Below are positions 39,944 through 51,820 of a stretch of 64,000 bases of DNA, piece by piece (the first letter of the stretch is position 1; the number at the start of each line of letters is the position of its first letter). Below the pieces are notes generated by a model, which saw only the letters and a list, made by a program, of their open reading frames with translations, was not told where the DNA came from and ran no database searches. Source of the DNA: Paraburkholderia sp. GTDB lineage: Bacteria; Pseudomonadota; Gammaproteobacteria; Burkholderiales; Burkholderiaceae. The translations under genes were made by a program, and so were the position numbers. Location: contig NZ_DASXHA010000141.1 in assembly GCF_036488795.1 (NCBI RefSeq), positions 2,825 through 66,824 of the forward strand. Direction: 5' to 3'.

Positions 39944-40615
39944 ATGAACGAATCGTTCCACCGTTTTGATACTGGCCGCTTGCGCGCGCTTTACGCGTGC
40001 CGCGCCGGACTTGCCGCGCTGCTGGTCGCATTGCCGTTTGCCGGCTTCGCGCCGCTCGCGCACGCCGAACGCGCCGACAAGGACAAGCCGCTCAACATTG
40101 AAGCGGACAACATGACGTACGACGACCTGAAGCAGGTCAACATCTTCACCGGACACGTCGTGGCCACCAAAGGCACGATCGTGATCAAGGCCGATCGCGT
40201 CGAAGTCACCCAGGATCCGCAAGGCTATCAGTACGCCACCGGCACCTCCAGCGGCGGCAATCTGTCGTATTTCCGCCAGAAGCGCGAAGGTTTGAACGAA
40301 TATGTCGACGGCACTGCGGTTCGGATCGACTACGACGGCAAGCTGGATCTCACCACGCTCACCACCAACGCCACCGTGAACCGCCTGCAGGGCCTGTCGA
40401 CGGTGATGGACACGGTGCACGGCAGCGTCATCACCTATGACGGCCAGAACGACTTCTACACCGCCAAGGCGGGTAAGGACGTCGCGGGTCCGGGCAATCC
40501 TTCGGGCCGCGTGCGCGCGATGCTCTCGCCGCGTAACGGCGGCGCTGCGCCGCTCACCGGCGCTTCGGCTACGCTCGCGCCGTCCAACACGATTCAGGGA
40601 GCCCCCACGCAGTGA
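39944..40615 (+). CDS. lptA: LPS transport periplasmic protein LptA
   Basis: Signal peptide, [35 protein letters not shown]. Confidence 0.92.
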   Translation: MNESFHRFDTGRLRALYACRAGLAALLVALPFAGFAPLAHAERADKDKPLNIEADNMTYDDLKQVNIFTGHVVATKGTIVIKADRVEVTQDPQGYQYATGTSSGGNLSYFRQKREGLNEYVDGTAVRIDYDGKLDLTTLTTNATVNRLQGLSTVMDTVHGSVITYDGQNDFYTAKAGKDVAGPGNPSGRVRAMLSPRNGGAAPLTGASATLAPSNTIQGAPTQ

Positions 40616-41403
40616 ACTCAGTGAATTCGCCCTCCCTCCCCCATCGCAAGCCGGCTGGGACCAGCAGTTCGCTGGTAGTTCGCAACCTGAAGAAGCGCTA
40701 TGGCTCGCGCACGGTCGTCAAGGACGTGTCGCTCGACGTCAAAAGCGGCGAAGTGGTCGGTCTGCTGGGCCCGAACGGCGCGGGTAAGACCACCTCGTTC
40801 TATATGATCGTGGGGCTCGTACCGCTCGACGCCGGCGAAATCGACCTGGACGGCAAGTCCATCAGCCTGCTGCCAATTCACAAGCGCGCCTCGCTCGGTC
40901 TGTCGTATCTGCCTCAGGAAGCCTCGGTTTTTCGCAAACTCTCCGTTGAAGAGAATATTCGCGCCGTGCTGGAACTGCAGCTCGGCGACAACGGCAAGCG
41001 CCTCTCCAAAGACACCATCACCACCCGCACGGAAGCGCTGCTCGACGAGCTGCAGATTGCGCATCTGCGCGGGAATCCGGCGCTGTCGCTGTCGGGTGGC
41101 GAGCGGCGCCGCGTGGAAATTGCGCGCGCGCTGGCCACCAATCCCAGCTTCATCCTGCTCGACGAACCGTTCGCCGGCGTCGACCCGATCGCCGTGCTGG
41201 AAATCCAGAAGATCGTCAAGTTCCTGAAGCAGCGCAATATTGGCGTGCTGATTACGGACCACAACGTGCGCGAAACGCTCGGCATCTGCGACCATGCATA
41301 CATCATCAGCGACGGCAGCGTGCTCGCCGCCGGCGCGCCGGGCGACATCATCGAAAACGAAAGTGTGCGGCGCGTCTATCTAGGCGAACACTTCCGCATG
41401 TAA
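40612..41403 (+). CDS. lptB: LPS export ABC ATPase
   Basis: [40 protein letters not shown]; start 40612 or 40621. Confidence 0.97.
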   Translation: MNSVNSPSLPHRKPAGTSSSLVVRNLKKRYGSRTVVKDVSLDVKSGEVVGLLGPNGAGKTTSFYMIVGLVPLDAGEIDLDGKSISLLPIHKRASLGLSYLPQEASVFRKLSVEENIRAVLELQLGDNGKRLSKDTITTRTEALLDELQIAHLRGNPALSLSGGERRRVEIARALATNPSFILLDEPFAGVDPIAVLEIQKIVKFLKQRNIGVLITDHNVRETLGICDHAYIISDGSVLAAGAPGDIIENESVRRVYLGEHFRM

Positions 41404-41587
41404 CTGCGCGAGGGGCGCGCCCGGCGGCACAACTTGCCGCCTGCCCCTTGCTGCGGCGGCCAATCCGTATTTTTGACAATCCGGGCCGCCCGCCTCCTCG
41501 CAAACCCCATCCGGGTGCGCGCGTTATTGCGAATGTCGCAAGGTATCGCGCTCGTGGCAAACTCTTTACAATGAATCTCAACTTGCC

Positions 41588-43096
41588 ATGAAAGCCAGCC
41601 TCCAACTCCGCCTGTCGCAGCATCTTGCGCTGACCCCTCAACTGCAACAGTCCATCCGGCTGCTGCAGCTGTCTACGCTTGAACTGCAGCAGGAGGTCGC
41701 GATGGCGATCGCGCAAAATCCCCTGCTCGAAAACGAAGACGACTGGATCGCCAGCCCGTTGCGGGTCGCCGCGGACGGCTCGCTGATCGCTCAGGCGCCC
41801 AATAGCGCCCCGGCCGAACAGATGGGCAACGGCTCGTCGTCCAGCAGCAGCACGGAGCGAGCGGAGAGCGGCGAGCCGCAAGGCGTCGACGAGTACAACG
41901 GCCTCGCCTCGGACAACAACGGCGACTCGACGCAGTGGAATCTCGACGACTACGGCCGCTCCGGCACCGCCTCCGACGACGACGACCTGCCCCCGCTGCA
42001 AATCCACGAATCGAGCACCTCGCTGCGCGATCACCTGATGGCGCAGCTACGCGTGACCCAGGCGGGCCAGCGCGATCGCGCGCTGATCACGTTCCTGATC
42101 GAATCGCTCGACGACGACGGCTATCTCACCGCCACCCTCGAAGAGGTGCAGGCGGATCTGCCGGAAGAGCTAGAAGTCGATCAGGACGAGCTGAACGCCG
42201 CGCTCGCCCTGCTGCATAGCTTTGACCCGGCCGGCGTGGGCGCACGCTCCGCATCCGAATGTCTGAAGCTGCAATTGTTGCGGCTGCCGTCCTCGCCGAC
42301 CCGCACGCTCGCGCTCGACATCGTCGCTCACCATCTGGAGCTGCTCGCCGCGCGCGACTTCACGCGTCTGCGCAAGCATCTGAAGGCCAGCGACGACGAC
42401 CTGCGCGACGCCCACGACCTGATCCGCTCGCTCGAGCCCTTCCCGGGCGCAGCGTACGGCAAGGCCGAAGCGGACTACGTCGTGCCGGACATCATGGTGC
42501 GCAAAACGTCGCAGGGGTGGCAGGCCGAACTGAATCCGGAGGTGGTGCCGAAGCTGCGCATCAACCATCTGTATGCGAACATTCTGCGCAATAACCGGGG
42601 CGATCCGGGCAGCGGTTCGCTGCGCCAGCAACTCCAGGAAGCACGCTGGCTCATCAAGAATATCCAGCAGCGTTTCGAAACCATCCTCAGGGTTGCGCAA
42701 GCCATTGTGGAGCGCCAGAAGAGCTTTTTCGTACATGGCGAAATTGCCATGCGGCCCTTGGTTTTGCGGGAGATTGCTGATACGCTGGGCCTACACGAGT
42801 CAACTGTCTCCCGTGTGACAACCGGCAAATACATGCTGACCCCATTTGGGACGCTTGAATTTAAGTACTTCTTCGGATCACACGTTTCAACGGACACGGG
42901 CGGCGCGGCGTCTTCCACGGCCATACGCGCGCTCATCAAGCAACTGATAGGAGCGGAAAACACCAAATCTCCTCTTTCAGACAGCCGCATAGCCGAACTG
43001 CTGGCGGAGCAAGGATTCGTGGTCGCACGCCGAACCGTCGCGAAGTACCGCGAAGCCCTCAAGATTCCGGCAGTCAACCTGCGCAAGTCTCTGTAG
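41588..43096 (+). CDS. rpoN: RNA polymerase sigma-54 factor
   Basis: Region [22 protein letters not shown], RpoN box [10 protein letters not shown]. Confidence 0.99.
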   Translation: MKASLQLRLSQHLALTPQLQQSIRLLQLSTLELQQEVAMAIAQNPLLENEDDWIASPLRVAADGSLIAQAPNSAPAEQMGNGSSSSSSTERAESGEPQGVDEYNGLASDNNGDSTQWNLDDYGRSGTASDDDDLPPLQIHESSTSLRDHLMAQLRVTQAGQRDRALITFLIESLDDDGYLTATLEEVQADLPEELEVDQDELNAALALLHSFDPAGVGARSASECLKLQLLRLPSSPTRTLALDIVAHHLELLAARDFTRLRKHLKASDDDLRDAHDLIRSLEPFPGAAYGKAEADYVVPDIMVRKTSQGWQAELNPEVVPKLRINHLYANILRNNRGDPGSGSLRQQLQEARWLIKNIQQRFETILRVAQAIVERQKSFFVHGEIAMRPLVLREIADTLGLHESTVSRVTTGKYMLTPFGTLEFKYFFGSHVSTDTGGAASSTAIRALIKQLIGAENTKSPLSDSRIAELLAEQGFVVARRTVAKYREALKIPAVNLRKSL

Positions 43097-43267
43097 CCCG
43101 TCGCCTTCTGTGGCGGGCATTTTCCGGCCGCTCCGCTGTTGGCGGACAGGCCGGCCGATGCGACCTGCCAGAAGTCAGTCAACGGGGGACGACTCAGGCG
43201 AGCCGACAGATCGACCGGTACTGCCTCCTTCGTGTGGATCAAGCGGCCACTAGCTTGGAGAAGCACT

Positions 43268-43627
43268 ATGAATCTGCAGATCAGTGGACACCATCTCGAA
43301 GTAACGCCAGCGTTGCGAGAATACGTGATCACCAAACTGGATAGGGTGCTAAGACATTTCGATCAGGTGATCGATGGCAGTGTGGTCCTCTCGGTCGACA
43401 ACCACAAGGAAAAGGAAAAGAGGCAGAAGGTTGAAATCAACCTGCATCTGAAAGGCAAGGACATCTTTGTCGAGAGCTGTGACGGCGACCTGTACGCCGC
43501 GATCGATCTGATGATCGACAAGCTCGACCGGCAAGTCATTCGTCACAAGGATCGCCTGCAAGGTCATCAGCACGAAGCGATCAAGTATCAACCGCTGGCG
43601 CCGCAAGTGGAAGTGCCGCCGCAATAG
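43268..43627 (+). CDS. hpf: Ribosome hibernation promoting factor
   Basis: [27 protein letters not shown]; directly after rpoN. Confidence 0.96.
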   Translation: MNLQISGHHLEVTPALREYVITKLDRVLRHFDQVIDGSVVLSVDNHKEKEKRQKVEINLHLKGKDIFVESCDGDLYAAIDLMIDKLDRQVIRHKDRLQGHQHEAIKYQPLAPQVEVPPQ

Positions 43628-43678
43628 GGGAACCAGAAGGTTTTCCTTATTTGTTTTCTGATCCAGACTTTTGCGCAT

Positions 43679-43703
43679 ACCGCCCGGCAACGGGCGGTTT
43701 TTC
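43679..43703 (+). terminator. Intrinsic terminator after hpf
   Basis: ACCGCCCG-GCAA-CGGGCGGT-TTTT. Confidence 0.8.
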
Positions 43704-43978
43704 GTTGCAGGCGGCGCCTCGCCCAGCGCCTTCATCAAGGGGCGGCAATTCGCCGCACTCCGGCAGACCGCCATGATCTATGCATGGCGCGCCGCACCAG
43801 GCACGTCCACGCTGTTCTATAATGGGCCGGTTACCATCGGGGTCAATCGGGGTTATTCAGCCGGAGTCCTGCGCTTTCGGGCTCCCGGGCACATCGCCGT
43901 GAGCATCAGTCGTCGAGAATGGAACGCCACTCAAACGCCACAGCGAGGAGTATCCAGGCCACGTTTCCGCCTGCCAAC

Positions 43979-44434
43979 ATGAATCGTTTAGCCAAATTTC
44001 TTCCCCTCGAAAACGTCGTCGTCGGTCTATCCGTCACCAGCAAGAAGCGCGTTTTCGAGCAAGCGGGCCTGATCTTCGAAAACCAGAACGGCATCGCCCG
44101 CAGCACGGTCACAGACAATCTGTTCGCGCGCGAGCGCCTCGGGTCGACGGGGCTCGGCGAAGGCGTCGCGATTCCGCATGGCCGGATCAAAGGCTTGAAG
44201 CAGCCGCTCGCCGCGTTCGTGCGTCTGGCAGAACCCATCCCCTTCGAGTCGCCCGACGGTCAGCCGGTATCGCTGCTGATCTTTCTGCTGGTACCCGAGC
44301 AGGCCACCCAGCAACACCTTGAAATCCTGTCGGAAATCGCCCAATTGCTCTCGGATCGCGAAGCTCGCGAGCGCTTGCATACGGAAGAAGATCGCGAAGC
44401 GTTGCATCGGCTGCTCACTCAGTGGCAACCTTGA
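43979..44434 (+). CDS. ptsN: PTS IIA-Ntr protein
   Basis: RERLGSTGLGEGVAIPHGR phospho-His motif. Confidence 0.96.
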   Translation: MNRLAKFLPLENVVVGLSVTSKKRVFEQAGLIFENQNGIARSTVTDNLFARERLGSTGLGEGVAIPHGRIKGLKQPLAAFVRLAEPIPFESPDGQPVSLLIFLLVPEQATQQHLEILSEIAQLLSDREARERLHTEEDREALHRLLTQWQP

Positions 44435-44566
44435 TGCCTCAGCGGCAAACCGCACGCGCGCGGGTTCAGCCCCGCCGCGTCGAAACCGGCTCGTGCCGGC
44501 CAGCCGGGCTGCGCTAACGCAGCCGGCACAGCGGAAATAAGCGGCCCACATTGGAGTCACGGACTC

Positions 44567-45535
44567 ATGGATACGTCCAGCATCAACGCCCAAAGTATTT
44601 TCGACGACAACGCCGCCATGCTGAAACTCAGCTGGCTGACGGGGCATGAAGGCTGGGAGCGCGGCTTCTCGGCGGAAACGGTGGCCAATGCCACCTCGAG
44701 CGCCGACCTTGTCGGCCACTTGAACCTGATTCACCCGAACCGGATTCAGGTGCTCGGCGACGCCGAAGTCGACTATTACCAACGGCAGAGCGAAGAAGAC
44801 CGCTCGCGCCACATGGCCGAGCTGATCGCCCTCGAACCGCCGTTTCTCGTGGTCGCAGGCGGAGTCGCCGCGCCGCCGGAACTGGTTCTGCGCTGTACAC
44901 GTTCATCCACACCGCTTTTTACTACACCCATGTCGGCCGCCGCTGTCATCGACAGCCTGCGTCTGTACATGTCGCGCATTCTTGCGCCACGTGCCACGCT
45001 GCACGGCGTATTTCTCGACATCCTCGGCATGGGCGTGCTACTCACCGGCGACTCGGGTCTCGGCAAAAGCGAACTCGGCCTCGAACTGATCAGCCGCGGC
45101 CACGGTCTGGTGGCGGACGACGCGGTGGATTTCGTGCGTCTCGGACCTGATTTCGTCGAAGGCCGCTGCCCGCCACTGCTGCAAAATTTGCTGGAAGTGC
45201 GCGGTCTGGGTCTGCTCGACATCAAAACTATTTTTGGTGAGACCGCGGTGCGTCGCAAAATGAAGCTGAAGCTGATCGTTCAGCTGGTGCGGCGCCCGGA
45301 TGGTGAATTCCAGCGTCTGCCGCTGGAAAGCCAGACTGTCGACGTACTGGGGTTGCCCATCAGCAAGGTCACCATCCAGGTGGCGGCCGGCCGCAACCTC
45401 GCCGTGCTGGTGGAAGCCGCCGTGCGCAATACGATCCTGCAATTGCGCGGTATCGACACGTTGCGCGACTTCATGGACCGCCAGCGTCTGGCCATGCAGG
45501 ACCCGGACAGCCAGTTTCCCGGCAAGCTGATCTAG
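44567..45535 (+). CDS. hprK: HPr kinase/phosphorylase
   Basis: [39 protein letters not shown]. Confidence 0.97.
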   Translation: MDTSSINAQSIFDDNAAMLKLSWLTGHEGWERGFSAETVANATSSADLVGHLNLIHPNRIQVLGDAEVDYYQRQSEEDRSRHMAELIALEPPFLVVAGGVAAPPELVLRCTRSSTPLFTTPMSAAAVIDSLRLYMSRILAPRATLHGVFLDILGMGVLLTGDSGLGKSELGLELISRGHGLVADDAVDFVRLGPDFVEGRCPPLLQNLLEVRGLGLLDIKTIFGETAVRRKMKLKLIVQLVRRPDGEFQRLPLESQTVDVLGLPISKVTIQVAAGRNLAVLVEAAVRNTILQLRGIDTLRDFMDRQRLAMQDPDSQFPGKLI

Positions 45536-45650
45536 GCTCGCCGACCGTTCGCGCAGTACACGCAGCACCCGGCACGCAGGCGCTAGACGGCAGACGGGCG
45601 CGCGCCCGGGGAGCAGATGCTATGATGAAACGTACAGATTTCACCACTCC

Positions 45651-46544
45651 ATGCGCATTATTCTGATCACCGGTATTTCCGGCTCCGGCAAATCCGTTGC
45701 GCTCAACGCGCTTGAAGACGCGGGCTACTACTGCGTCGACAATCTGCCGCCGCGCTTTCTGCCGCAACTCGCCACCTACCTCGCCGAAGATGGGCAAGAC
45801 CGTCTCGCGGTGGCGATCGACGCGCGCTCGAGCGCCTCGCTCGACGACATGCCCGCGATGATCCGCGACCTGTCGCGCGAGCACGACGTGCGTGTGCTGT
45901 TCCTCAACGCCAGCACCCAGGCGCTGATCCAACGTTTTTCCGAAACACGCCGCCGCCATCCTCTGTCCGGTTCGACCGCGCATGACGCCGACGTGGGCTT
46001 GCTGACCTCGCTTGAAGAGGCAATCGAACGCGAGCGTGAACTCGTCGCCAACCTGGCGGAGTTCGGTCATCAGATCGATACCAGCAATCTGCGCGCGAAC
46101 GTGCTGCGTGCATGGGTCAAGCGCTTCATCGAACAGGAACACAGCGGTCTCGTGCTGATGTTCGAATCGTTCGGCTTCAAGCGCGGCGTGCCGCTCGACG
46201 CGGATTTCGTCTTCGACGTCCGCACCCTGCCCAACCCGTACTACGATCATGAACTGCGCCCGCTCACGGGTCTCGACAAACCGGTCATCGACTTTCTCGG
46301 CGCGTTGCCCGTCGTGCATGACATGATGGGCGACATCGAAATGTTCCTCGTCAAATGGCTGCCGCACTTCCGTGACGATAACCGCAGCTACCTCACCGTT
46401 GCGATTGGCTGCACCGGCGGCCAGCATCGGTCCGTGTTCATTGCCGAGACGCTCGCCGCGCGTCTTGCGAAGCAGGCAAATGTGATCGTGCGGCACCGCG
46501 ATGCGCCGGTCGACGTCGGCGAATCATCGAAGCTAGTGGCTTAA
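45651..46544 (+). CDS. rapZ: RNase adapter RapZ
   Basis: [43 protein letters not shown]. Confidence 0.96.
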   Translation: MRIILITGISGSGKSVALNALEDAGYYCVDNLPPRFLPQLATYLAEDGQDRLAVAIDARSSASLDDMPAMIRDLSREHDVRVLFLNASTQALIQRFSETRRRHPLSGSTAHDADVGLLTSLEEAIERERELVANLAEFGHQIDTSNLRANVLRAWVKRFIEQEHSGLVLMFESFGFKRGVPLDADFVFDVRTLPNPYYDHELRPLTGLDKPVIDFLGALPVVHDMMGDIEMFLVKWLPHFRDDNRSYLTVAIGCTGGQHRSVFIAETLAARLAKQANVIVRHRDAPVDVGESSKLVA

Positions 46545-46582
46545 CCGGCCGCATTGCGCGGCCTTAACTGAAGTGTTGCGCC

Positions 46583-47215
46583 ATGTCCTCTACTTCCGTG
46601 CTTGCCGATGTGCCGCTCTTTCCATTGCACACGGTGCTGTTTCCCGGCGGCCTGCTGCCCCTGAAGATTTTCGAAGCCCGCTATCTGGACATGGCGCGCG
46701 ACTGCCTGCGAGAAAAAACACCTTTTGGCGTATGTCTGCTGAAAAGCGGCGGTGAGGTCGCGCAGCCGGACGAGCCTTCGGTGCCGGAGAGCATCGGCTG
46801 CCTCGCGGAAATCGAGGAATGCGACGTCGAAACCTTCGGCATGTTGCTGATCCGCGCGCGAGGCACGCGACGCTTCAGGCTGCTCTCGCATCGCGTGCAG
46901 CCAGACGGATTACTGGTGGGAATGGCCGAACCATTGGGCGACGACGTGCCGCTCGAAGGCAACCAGCAACTGGCTAAATTCGGCGCCTGCGCCGAAGTGC
47001 TGGAACGCATCATTGCGACGATTCGCGAGCGCGACGCGGACAGCCTGCCCTTCGCCGAACCGTTCAAGCTCGATGATCCTACGTGGGTGTCGAACCGGCT
47101 TTCGGAAGTGCTGCCGATTGCGTTGCGGGCGCGGCAAAAGCTGATGGAGTTGCAGGACGCCGGCGCGCGCATCGACGTGGTTCATCACTATATGCAGCAG
47201 CATCAGTTGCTTTAG
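46583..47215 (+). CDS. LON peptidase substrate-binding-domain protein
   Basis: PLFPLHTVLFPGGLLPLKIFEARYLDM; no protease domain. Confidence 0.9.
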   Translation: MSSTSVLADVPLFPLHTVLFPGGLLPLKIFEARYLDMARDCLREKTPFGVCLLKSGGEVAQPDEPSVPESIGCLAEIEECDVETFGMLLIRARGTRRFRLLSHRVQPDGLLVGMAEPLGDDVPLEGNQQLAKFGACAEVLERIIATIRERDADSLPFAEPFKLDDPTWVSNRLSEVLPIALRARQKLMELQDAGARIDVVHHYMQQHQLL

Positions 47216-47252
47216 GGTGCTGGCACGGCGCGCCTGATGCCGTGCCATGCCT

Positions 47253-48377
47253 CTACAGCAACGACCCCTGCAGACCGTCCAATAACTTGCGCACCGGCGC
47301 GGGCACACCGTACGCATCGATCTCGCGCAGTGGCACCCATACGGTCTCCGCGTCGCCGAGCGCGGCGCTGCCGCCCCCCACACGATCCAGTTCGGCGAGG
47401 CGCGGTTCGATATCCAGCTTGAAGTGGGTGAACGTATGCGTGAGCGGCGCCAGCGGCGAAACCGCGCCGTCACCGCCAAAGTCGCGCGCGCGGCCCGCGA
47501 GCGCCGCTTCGTCGGGCGCCTCCGGCAAGCTCCACAGGCCGCCCCAGATACCCGTTGGCGGGCGCTTTTCCAGCATCACCGCATCACCGTCACGCAGCAC
47601 CAGCATCCAGGTACGGCGGGTCGGCACGGCCTTCTTCGGACGTGCCGCCGGCAGCTGACGTTGCCGGCCGGTCACATTCGCCACGCAGTCGGGGGCGAAC
47701 GGGCAGCGGACACAGTCCGGCTTGCCACGCATGCATAGCGTCGCGCCGAGGTCCATCAAGCCCTGAGTGTAGGCACTCACATCCGCTTCGCTCGCGTTTG
47801 AAGGCAATAAGGATTCAGCCAGCGTCCACATGGCGTTTTCAACGCGCTTTTCGCCCGGAAAGCCTTCCACGCCGAACACGCGGGCAAGCACGCGCTTGAC
47901 GTTGCCGTCGAGAATCGTCGCGCGTGCGCCGAAGGCAAATGATGCAATTGCCGCAGCAGTCGAGCGCCCGATGCCCGGCAGATCGGCAAGCGCTTCGACG
48001 GACGCCGGAAAGGCGCCGCCATGCAGTTCGACCACCGCCTGCGCACACCGATGCAGATTGCGCGCGCGCGAGTAGTACCCGAGACCGGCCCACAGGGCCA
48101 TCACATCGTCGATCGGCGCTGCGGCCAGCGCAGCGACATCGGGAAAGCGCGCGAGGAACCGCGCGTAGTACGGAATCACCGTCGACACCTGGGTTTGCTG
48201 CAGCATGATTTCCGACAACCAGATGCGATACGGGTCACGCGTGTTCTGCCAGGGCAGGTCGTGGCGGCCGTGCTGGCGCTGCCAGGCAATCAGGCGAGCG
48301 GAAAAATCCGGCAAGGCGGGGGCGGCAGGCGCGACGACTGAGGTGGCTACGGCGGACGGCGTCAAGCGAGAGGGCAT
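47253..48377 (-). CDS. mutY: A/G-specific adenine glycosylase
   Basis: WLSEIMLQQTQV, GLGYYSRARNL, LPGIGRSTA, CMRGKPDCVRCPFAPDC Fe-S motif. Confidence 0.97.
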   Translation of the reverse strand: MPSRLTPSAVATSVVAPAAPALPDFSARLIAWQRQHGRHDLPWQNTRDPYRIWLSEIMLQQTQVSTVIPYYARFLARFPDVAALAAAPIDDVMALWAGLGYYSRARNLHRCAQAVVELHGGAFPASVEALADLPGIGRSTAAAIASFAFGARATILDGNVKRVLARVFGVEGFPGEKRVENAMWTLAESLLPSNASEADVSAYTQGLMDLGATLCMRGKPDCVRCPFAPDCVANVTGRQRQLPAARPKKAVPTRRTWMLVLRDGDAVMLEKRPPTGIWGGLWSLPEAPDEAALAGRARDFGGDGAVSPLAPLTHTFTHFKLDIEPRLAELDRVGGGSAALGDAETVWVPLREIDAYGVPAPVRKLLDGLQGSLL

Positions 48378-48382
48378 GAGAA

Positions 48383-49213
48383 TTAGCGCTGGCAGGTCGG
48401 ACAAAAATAAGTGGAGCGCTGCCCCTGCACGATCTGCCTGATCGGCGTTCCACATACGCGGCACGGCAGCCCCGCGCGATCATAGACGAAATAGTCCAGC
48501 TGAAAGTAGCCACTTTCACCGTTACTGCCGACGAAATCCCGCAGTGTGCTGCCGCCCTTTTCGATGGCGGCAGCCAGCGTCAAACGCACGGCGTCGGCCA
48601 GCAGGTCATAGCGCACCAGCGACACGCGGCCGGCAGCGGTCGTCGGGCGGATGCCAGCGCGAAACAGGCTCTCGGAAGCGTAAATATTGCCCACTCCTAC
48701 GACGATCTCACCGGCCAGCAACGCCTGCTTGACAGAAACCGTGCGCCCGCGCGTCTGCCGGTGCATCAACGCGCCCGAAAACGCCGGCGAAAACGGCTCC
48801 ACGCCCAACCCGGCGAGCAGCGGATGCTCCAGCACGTCGCCCGCCTCGCGCGGATGCCACAGGACGGCACCGAAGCGCCGCGGATCGCGATAGCGGAGAA
48901 TGAACTCATCGAAGATCCAGTCCACGTGATCGTGCTTTGCAGCGGCCGGCAGGTGCGGCAGATTGCGCAGAACGCGCAGCGTACCGGTCATCCCGAGGTG
49001 CACAATGAACCAGCCCGCGTCGAGTTCGAACAGCAGGTATTTGCCGCGCCGCTCGACCTTGTTGATGACGCGGCCGCGCAAGGTTCTCGCAAGGTCGGCC
49101 GGAATCGGCCAGCGTAGTGCGGGCGTGCGCACATCCACGCGCTCAACCCGGCGTCCGGATACGTACGGCTCGATTCCCCTTCGGGTAACCTCAACTTCTG
49201 GCAACTCTGGCAT
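48383..49213 (-). CDS. mutM: Formamidopyrimidine-DNA glycosylase
   Basis: [24 protein letters not shown]-terminal zinc finger. Confidence 0.98.
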   Translation of the reverse strand: MPELPEVEVTRRGIEPYVSGRRVERVDVRTPALRWPIPADLARTLRGRVINKVERRGKYLLFELDAGWFIVHLGMTGTLRVLRNLPHLPAAAKHDHVDWIFDEFILRYRDPRRFGAVLWHPREAGDVLEHPLLAGLGVEPFSPAFSGALMHRQTRGRTVSVKQALLAGEIVVGVGNIYASESLFRAGIRPTTAAGRVSLVRYDLLADAVRLTLAAAIEKGGSTLRDFVGSNGESGYFQLDYFVYDRAGLPCRVCGTPIRQIVQGQRSTYFCPTCQR

Positions 49214-49300
49214 GTCTTACTGGTCTGCAACTTGCGTGAGTGGTTGTGCGCTTATTGTAGCGAGCGCGTTACAATCGTCCGAAACATTGAACGGATTTCC

Positions 49301-51142
49301 ATGAACTTGTCCTTCGTGAAGCTGTTTTCGAAGCGCCCGGCGCGTGCGGCGCGGGTGCCGCACGCCGTGTCTGCTCGCCGTATGCTGGGCGCTGCAGCAC
49401 TGGCCGTATGGGCGCTCGCCGCCTTGCCTGCGCACGCGCAGGATCCATCTCCGGATACGGACGACAACTCCGTCACCATCCCGGACGCGCTGGGGCCTCA
49501 GTCCGCCGAGGATCAGAAAGATCTGCCCGGCATCCCGCTGTCGAGCCAGATCGTCTTCCAGGTGCTCGCGGCCGAAGTCGCACTGCAGCGCGGCCAGCCC
49601 GCTCCCGCCTATCAGACGTACCTCGCGCTTGCGCGCGACACGCATGATCCGCGCATGGCGCAACGCGCAACCGAAATTGCCCTCGCCGCCCAGAGTCCTT
49701 CCGACGCCCTGGCCGCCGCGCAATTGTGGCAGCAGTATGCGCCCACCTCGGAGCGCGCGGCGCAACTCGATGCGTCGCTGCTCGTGCTGTCCGGCAAACC
49801 GGACGACGCCGAGCCGCTGCTGGCCCGCGAACTGGCCAAGGTTCCGCCTGAAAATCGCGGCAGCGCCATTCTCGCGCTGCAACTGCTGCTCTCGCGCGGA
49901 CCGAACCGGGTCGGCGGCCTGCATGTATTGCAGGACCTGCTCAAGAACGATATGAACCGGCCGGAAGCGCTACTGGCGATTGCCCGGCAGCAGATCGCCG
50001 CGGACGACGCTCCGGGTGCGAAAAAATCGCTCGAGCAGGCGCTGGCCATCAAGCCCGACTACCTGCCGGCCGCGCTGACCCTGTCGCAGATGGGACCGGA
50101 AGAGCGCAAGGAAGGTATCGCGTCGCTCGAAAAGTATGTGCAGCAGAATCCGAAGTCGCATGACGCGCGCCTTGCGCTCGCGCAGATGTACCTCGCAAGC
50201 GACCGTCTCGACGACGCGCAGAATCAGTTCGAGATCATGCACAAGGACAACGCGAACGACCTGACGCCGCTGATGGCGCTCGCGCTGATCAACATTCAGA
50301 AGAAAGACTTCAAAGACGCCCAGCCGTTTCTGCAGCAGTACGCGCAGAAGGCGGAGAAGACGCCGGGCGCGGATGCGGGTCAGGCGTACATCTACCTCGC
50401 CCAGATCTCGCTCGAGCAGAAAAACGACGCAGCCGCGAGCGACTGGCTCAACAAGATTGCGCCGTCCAGCCAGCAATACATACCCGCGCAGATCACGCGC
50501 GCCCAGTTGCTCGAAAAGCAGGGTAAGCCGGACGACGCCCGCAAGCTGCTGGCCAGCCTGCAGCCGCAGGACCCGCGCGATCAGGCACTGATCGCGCGCA
50601 CGGACGCGGCCATCCTGTTCGATTCGAAACGCTATACGGAGGCGGAAACCCGCCTGGCACAAGCCACCGCGGATTTCCCCGATGACCCGGACCTGACCTA
50701 CGACTACGCCATGGCGGCCGAAAAGAACGGCCACTATGACGTGATGGAAGCGCAGTTGCGCAAGTTGATCGAAACGCAGCCTGACAATCCGCAGGCGTAC
50801 AACGCGCTTGGCTACTCGCTTGCCGACCGCGGCTTGCGGCTGCAAGAAGCGAACAAGCTGATCGAGAAGGCTTCGTCGCTGGCGCCGGACGACGCGTTCA
50901 TCATGGACAGCGTGGGCTGGGTCAAATATCGCCTCGGCGACACGGCAGACGCGATCAAGCTGCTGCGCAAGGCCTACGACATGCAGCCGAATGCGGAAAT
51001 CGGCGCGCATCTGGGTGAAGTGCTGTGGAAGACGGGCGACCAGGATCAGGCCCGCGCGACCTGGCGCGAAGCGCGCAAGCTGGAACCTGACAACGATACG
51101 CTCCTCAAAACGCTCAAACGTTTTCAGGTGAACGATCTCTGA
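49301..51142 (+). CDS. Exported tetratricopeptide-repeat protein
   Basis: Signal peptide, TPRs, AYNALGYSLAD...DSVGWVKY...EIGAHLGEVLW; conserved position before lolB. Confidence 0.9.
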   Translation: MNLSFVKLFSKRPARAARVPHAVSARRMLGAAALAVWALAALPAHAQDPSPDTDDNSVTIPDALGPQSAEDQKDLPGIPLSSQIVFQVLAAEVALQRGQPAPAYQTYLALARDTHDPRMAQRATEIALAAQSPSDALAAAQLWQQYAPTSERAAQLDASLLVLSGKPDDAEPLLARELAKVPPENRGSAILALQLLLSRGPNRVGGLHVLQDLLKNDMNRPEALLAIARQQIAADDAPGAKKSLEQALAIKPDYLPAALTLSQMGPEERKEGIASLEKYVQQNPKSHDARLALAQMYLASDRLDDAQNQFEIMHKDNANDLTPLMALALINIQKKDFKDAQPFLQQYAQKAEKTPGADAGQAYIYLAQISLEQKNDAAASDWLNKIAPSSQQYIPAQITRAQLLEKQGKPDDARKLLASLQPQDPRDQALIARTDAAILFDSKRYTEAETRLAQATADFPDDPDLTYDYAMAAEKNGHYDVMEAQLRKLIETQPDNPQAYNALGYSLADRGLRLQEANKLIEKASSLAPDDAFIMDSVGWVKYRLGDTADAIKLLRKAYDMQPNAEIGAHLGEVLWKTGDQDQARATWREARKLEPDNDTLLKTLKRFQVNDL

Positions 51143-51786
51143 TGCTCATCACGAACCGCTCCACCCGTTTTGCCCGTTATACCCAGGCGCCGCGCCGCGC
51201 GGCGCTTGGGTTCGCAGTGGCCGCCGCCGTGGTGCTCGCCGGTTGTGCGTCGGTCAAGCCCCAGGGGCCGTCCACTTCGAATGCCGCCACGGCCGTCACC
51301 GCGCAGACGACTCGCGCGTATCACGGTCGCTTCGCGGTGCAGTACGTGGACCAGAACGGCGCGCAGCGCAACGCCTACGGCAACTTCGCATGGCAGGAAA
51401 CTGGCGATACGGTCAGCCTGCAGCTGCGTAACCCGCTTGGGCAGACGCTCGCCATCGTGACGTCGTCGCCGGCTTCGGCGTCGCTCGAACTGCCGAACCG
51501 TCAACCGCTCACCGCAGACAATGTGTCGACGCTGATGCAGAATGCGCTCGGTTTTGCGTTGCCTGTCGAAGGTCTTCGCTACTGGCTGCAACCCTCGCCC
51601 GCACCGACCTCGAAGGCGCAGACCGAGCAGGATCCGCAGCAGCCGTCGCGTCTGAAGGAAATTCGTCAGGACGGCTGGACAATCGACTATGTGGCCTACG
51701 CGGATGCGCCGGCCACTGGCGTGAAGCGCGTCAACCTGTCCCGCGACGAACCGCCGCTCGCTATCAAGCTCGTGCTCGACCAGTAG
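51142..51786 (+). CDS. lolB: Outer-membrane lipoprotein LolB
   Basis: Lipobox [32 protein letters not shown]. Confidence 0.93.
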   Translation: MLITNRSTRFARYTQAPRRAALGFAVAAAVVLAGCASVKPQGPSTSNAATAVTAQTTRAYHGRFAVQYVDQNGAQRNAYGNFAWQETGDTVSLQLRNPLGQTLAIVTSSPASASLELPNRQPLTADNVSTLMQNALGFALPVEGLRYWLQPSPAPTSKAQTEQDPQQPSRLKEIRQDGWTIDYVAYADAPATGVKRVNLSRDEPPLAIKLVLDQ

Positions 51787-51820
51787 CGCGCGCTACCCTA
51801 CCCGTTTTTTGCCTCGCCTC

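Noticed and set aside
42700-43050. Lower-GC 3' end of rpoN as horizontal transfer or an internal promoter
   Set aside because: The protein is canonical and I found no convincing -35/-10 pair, so it cannot be supported.
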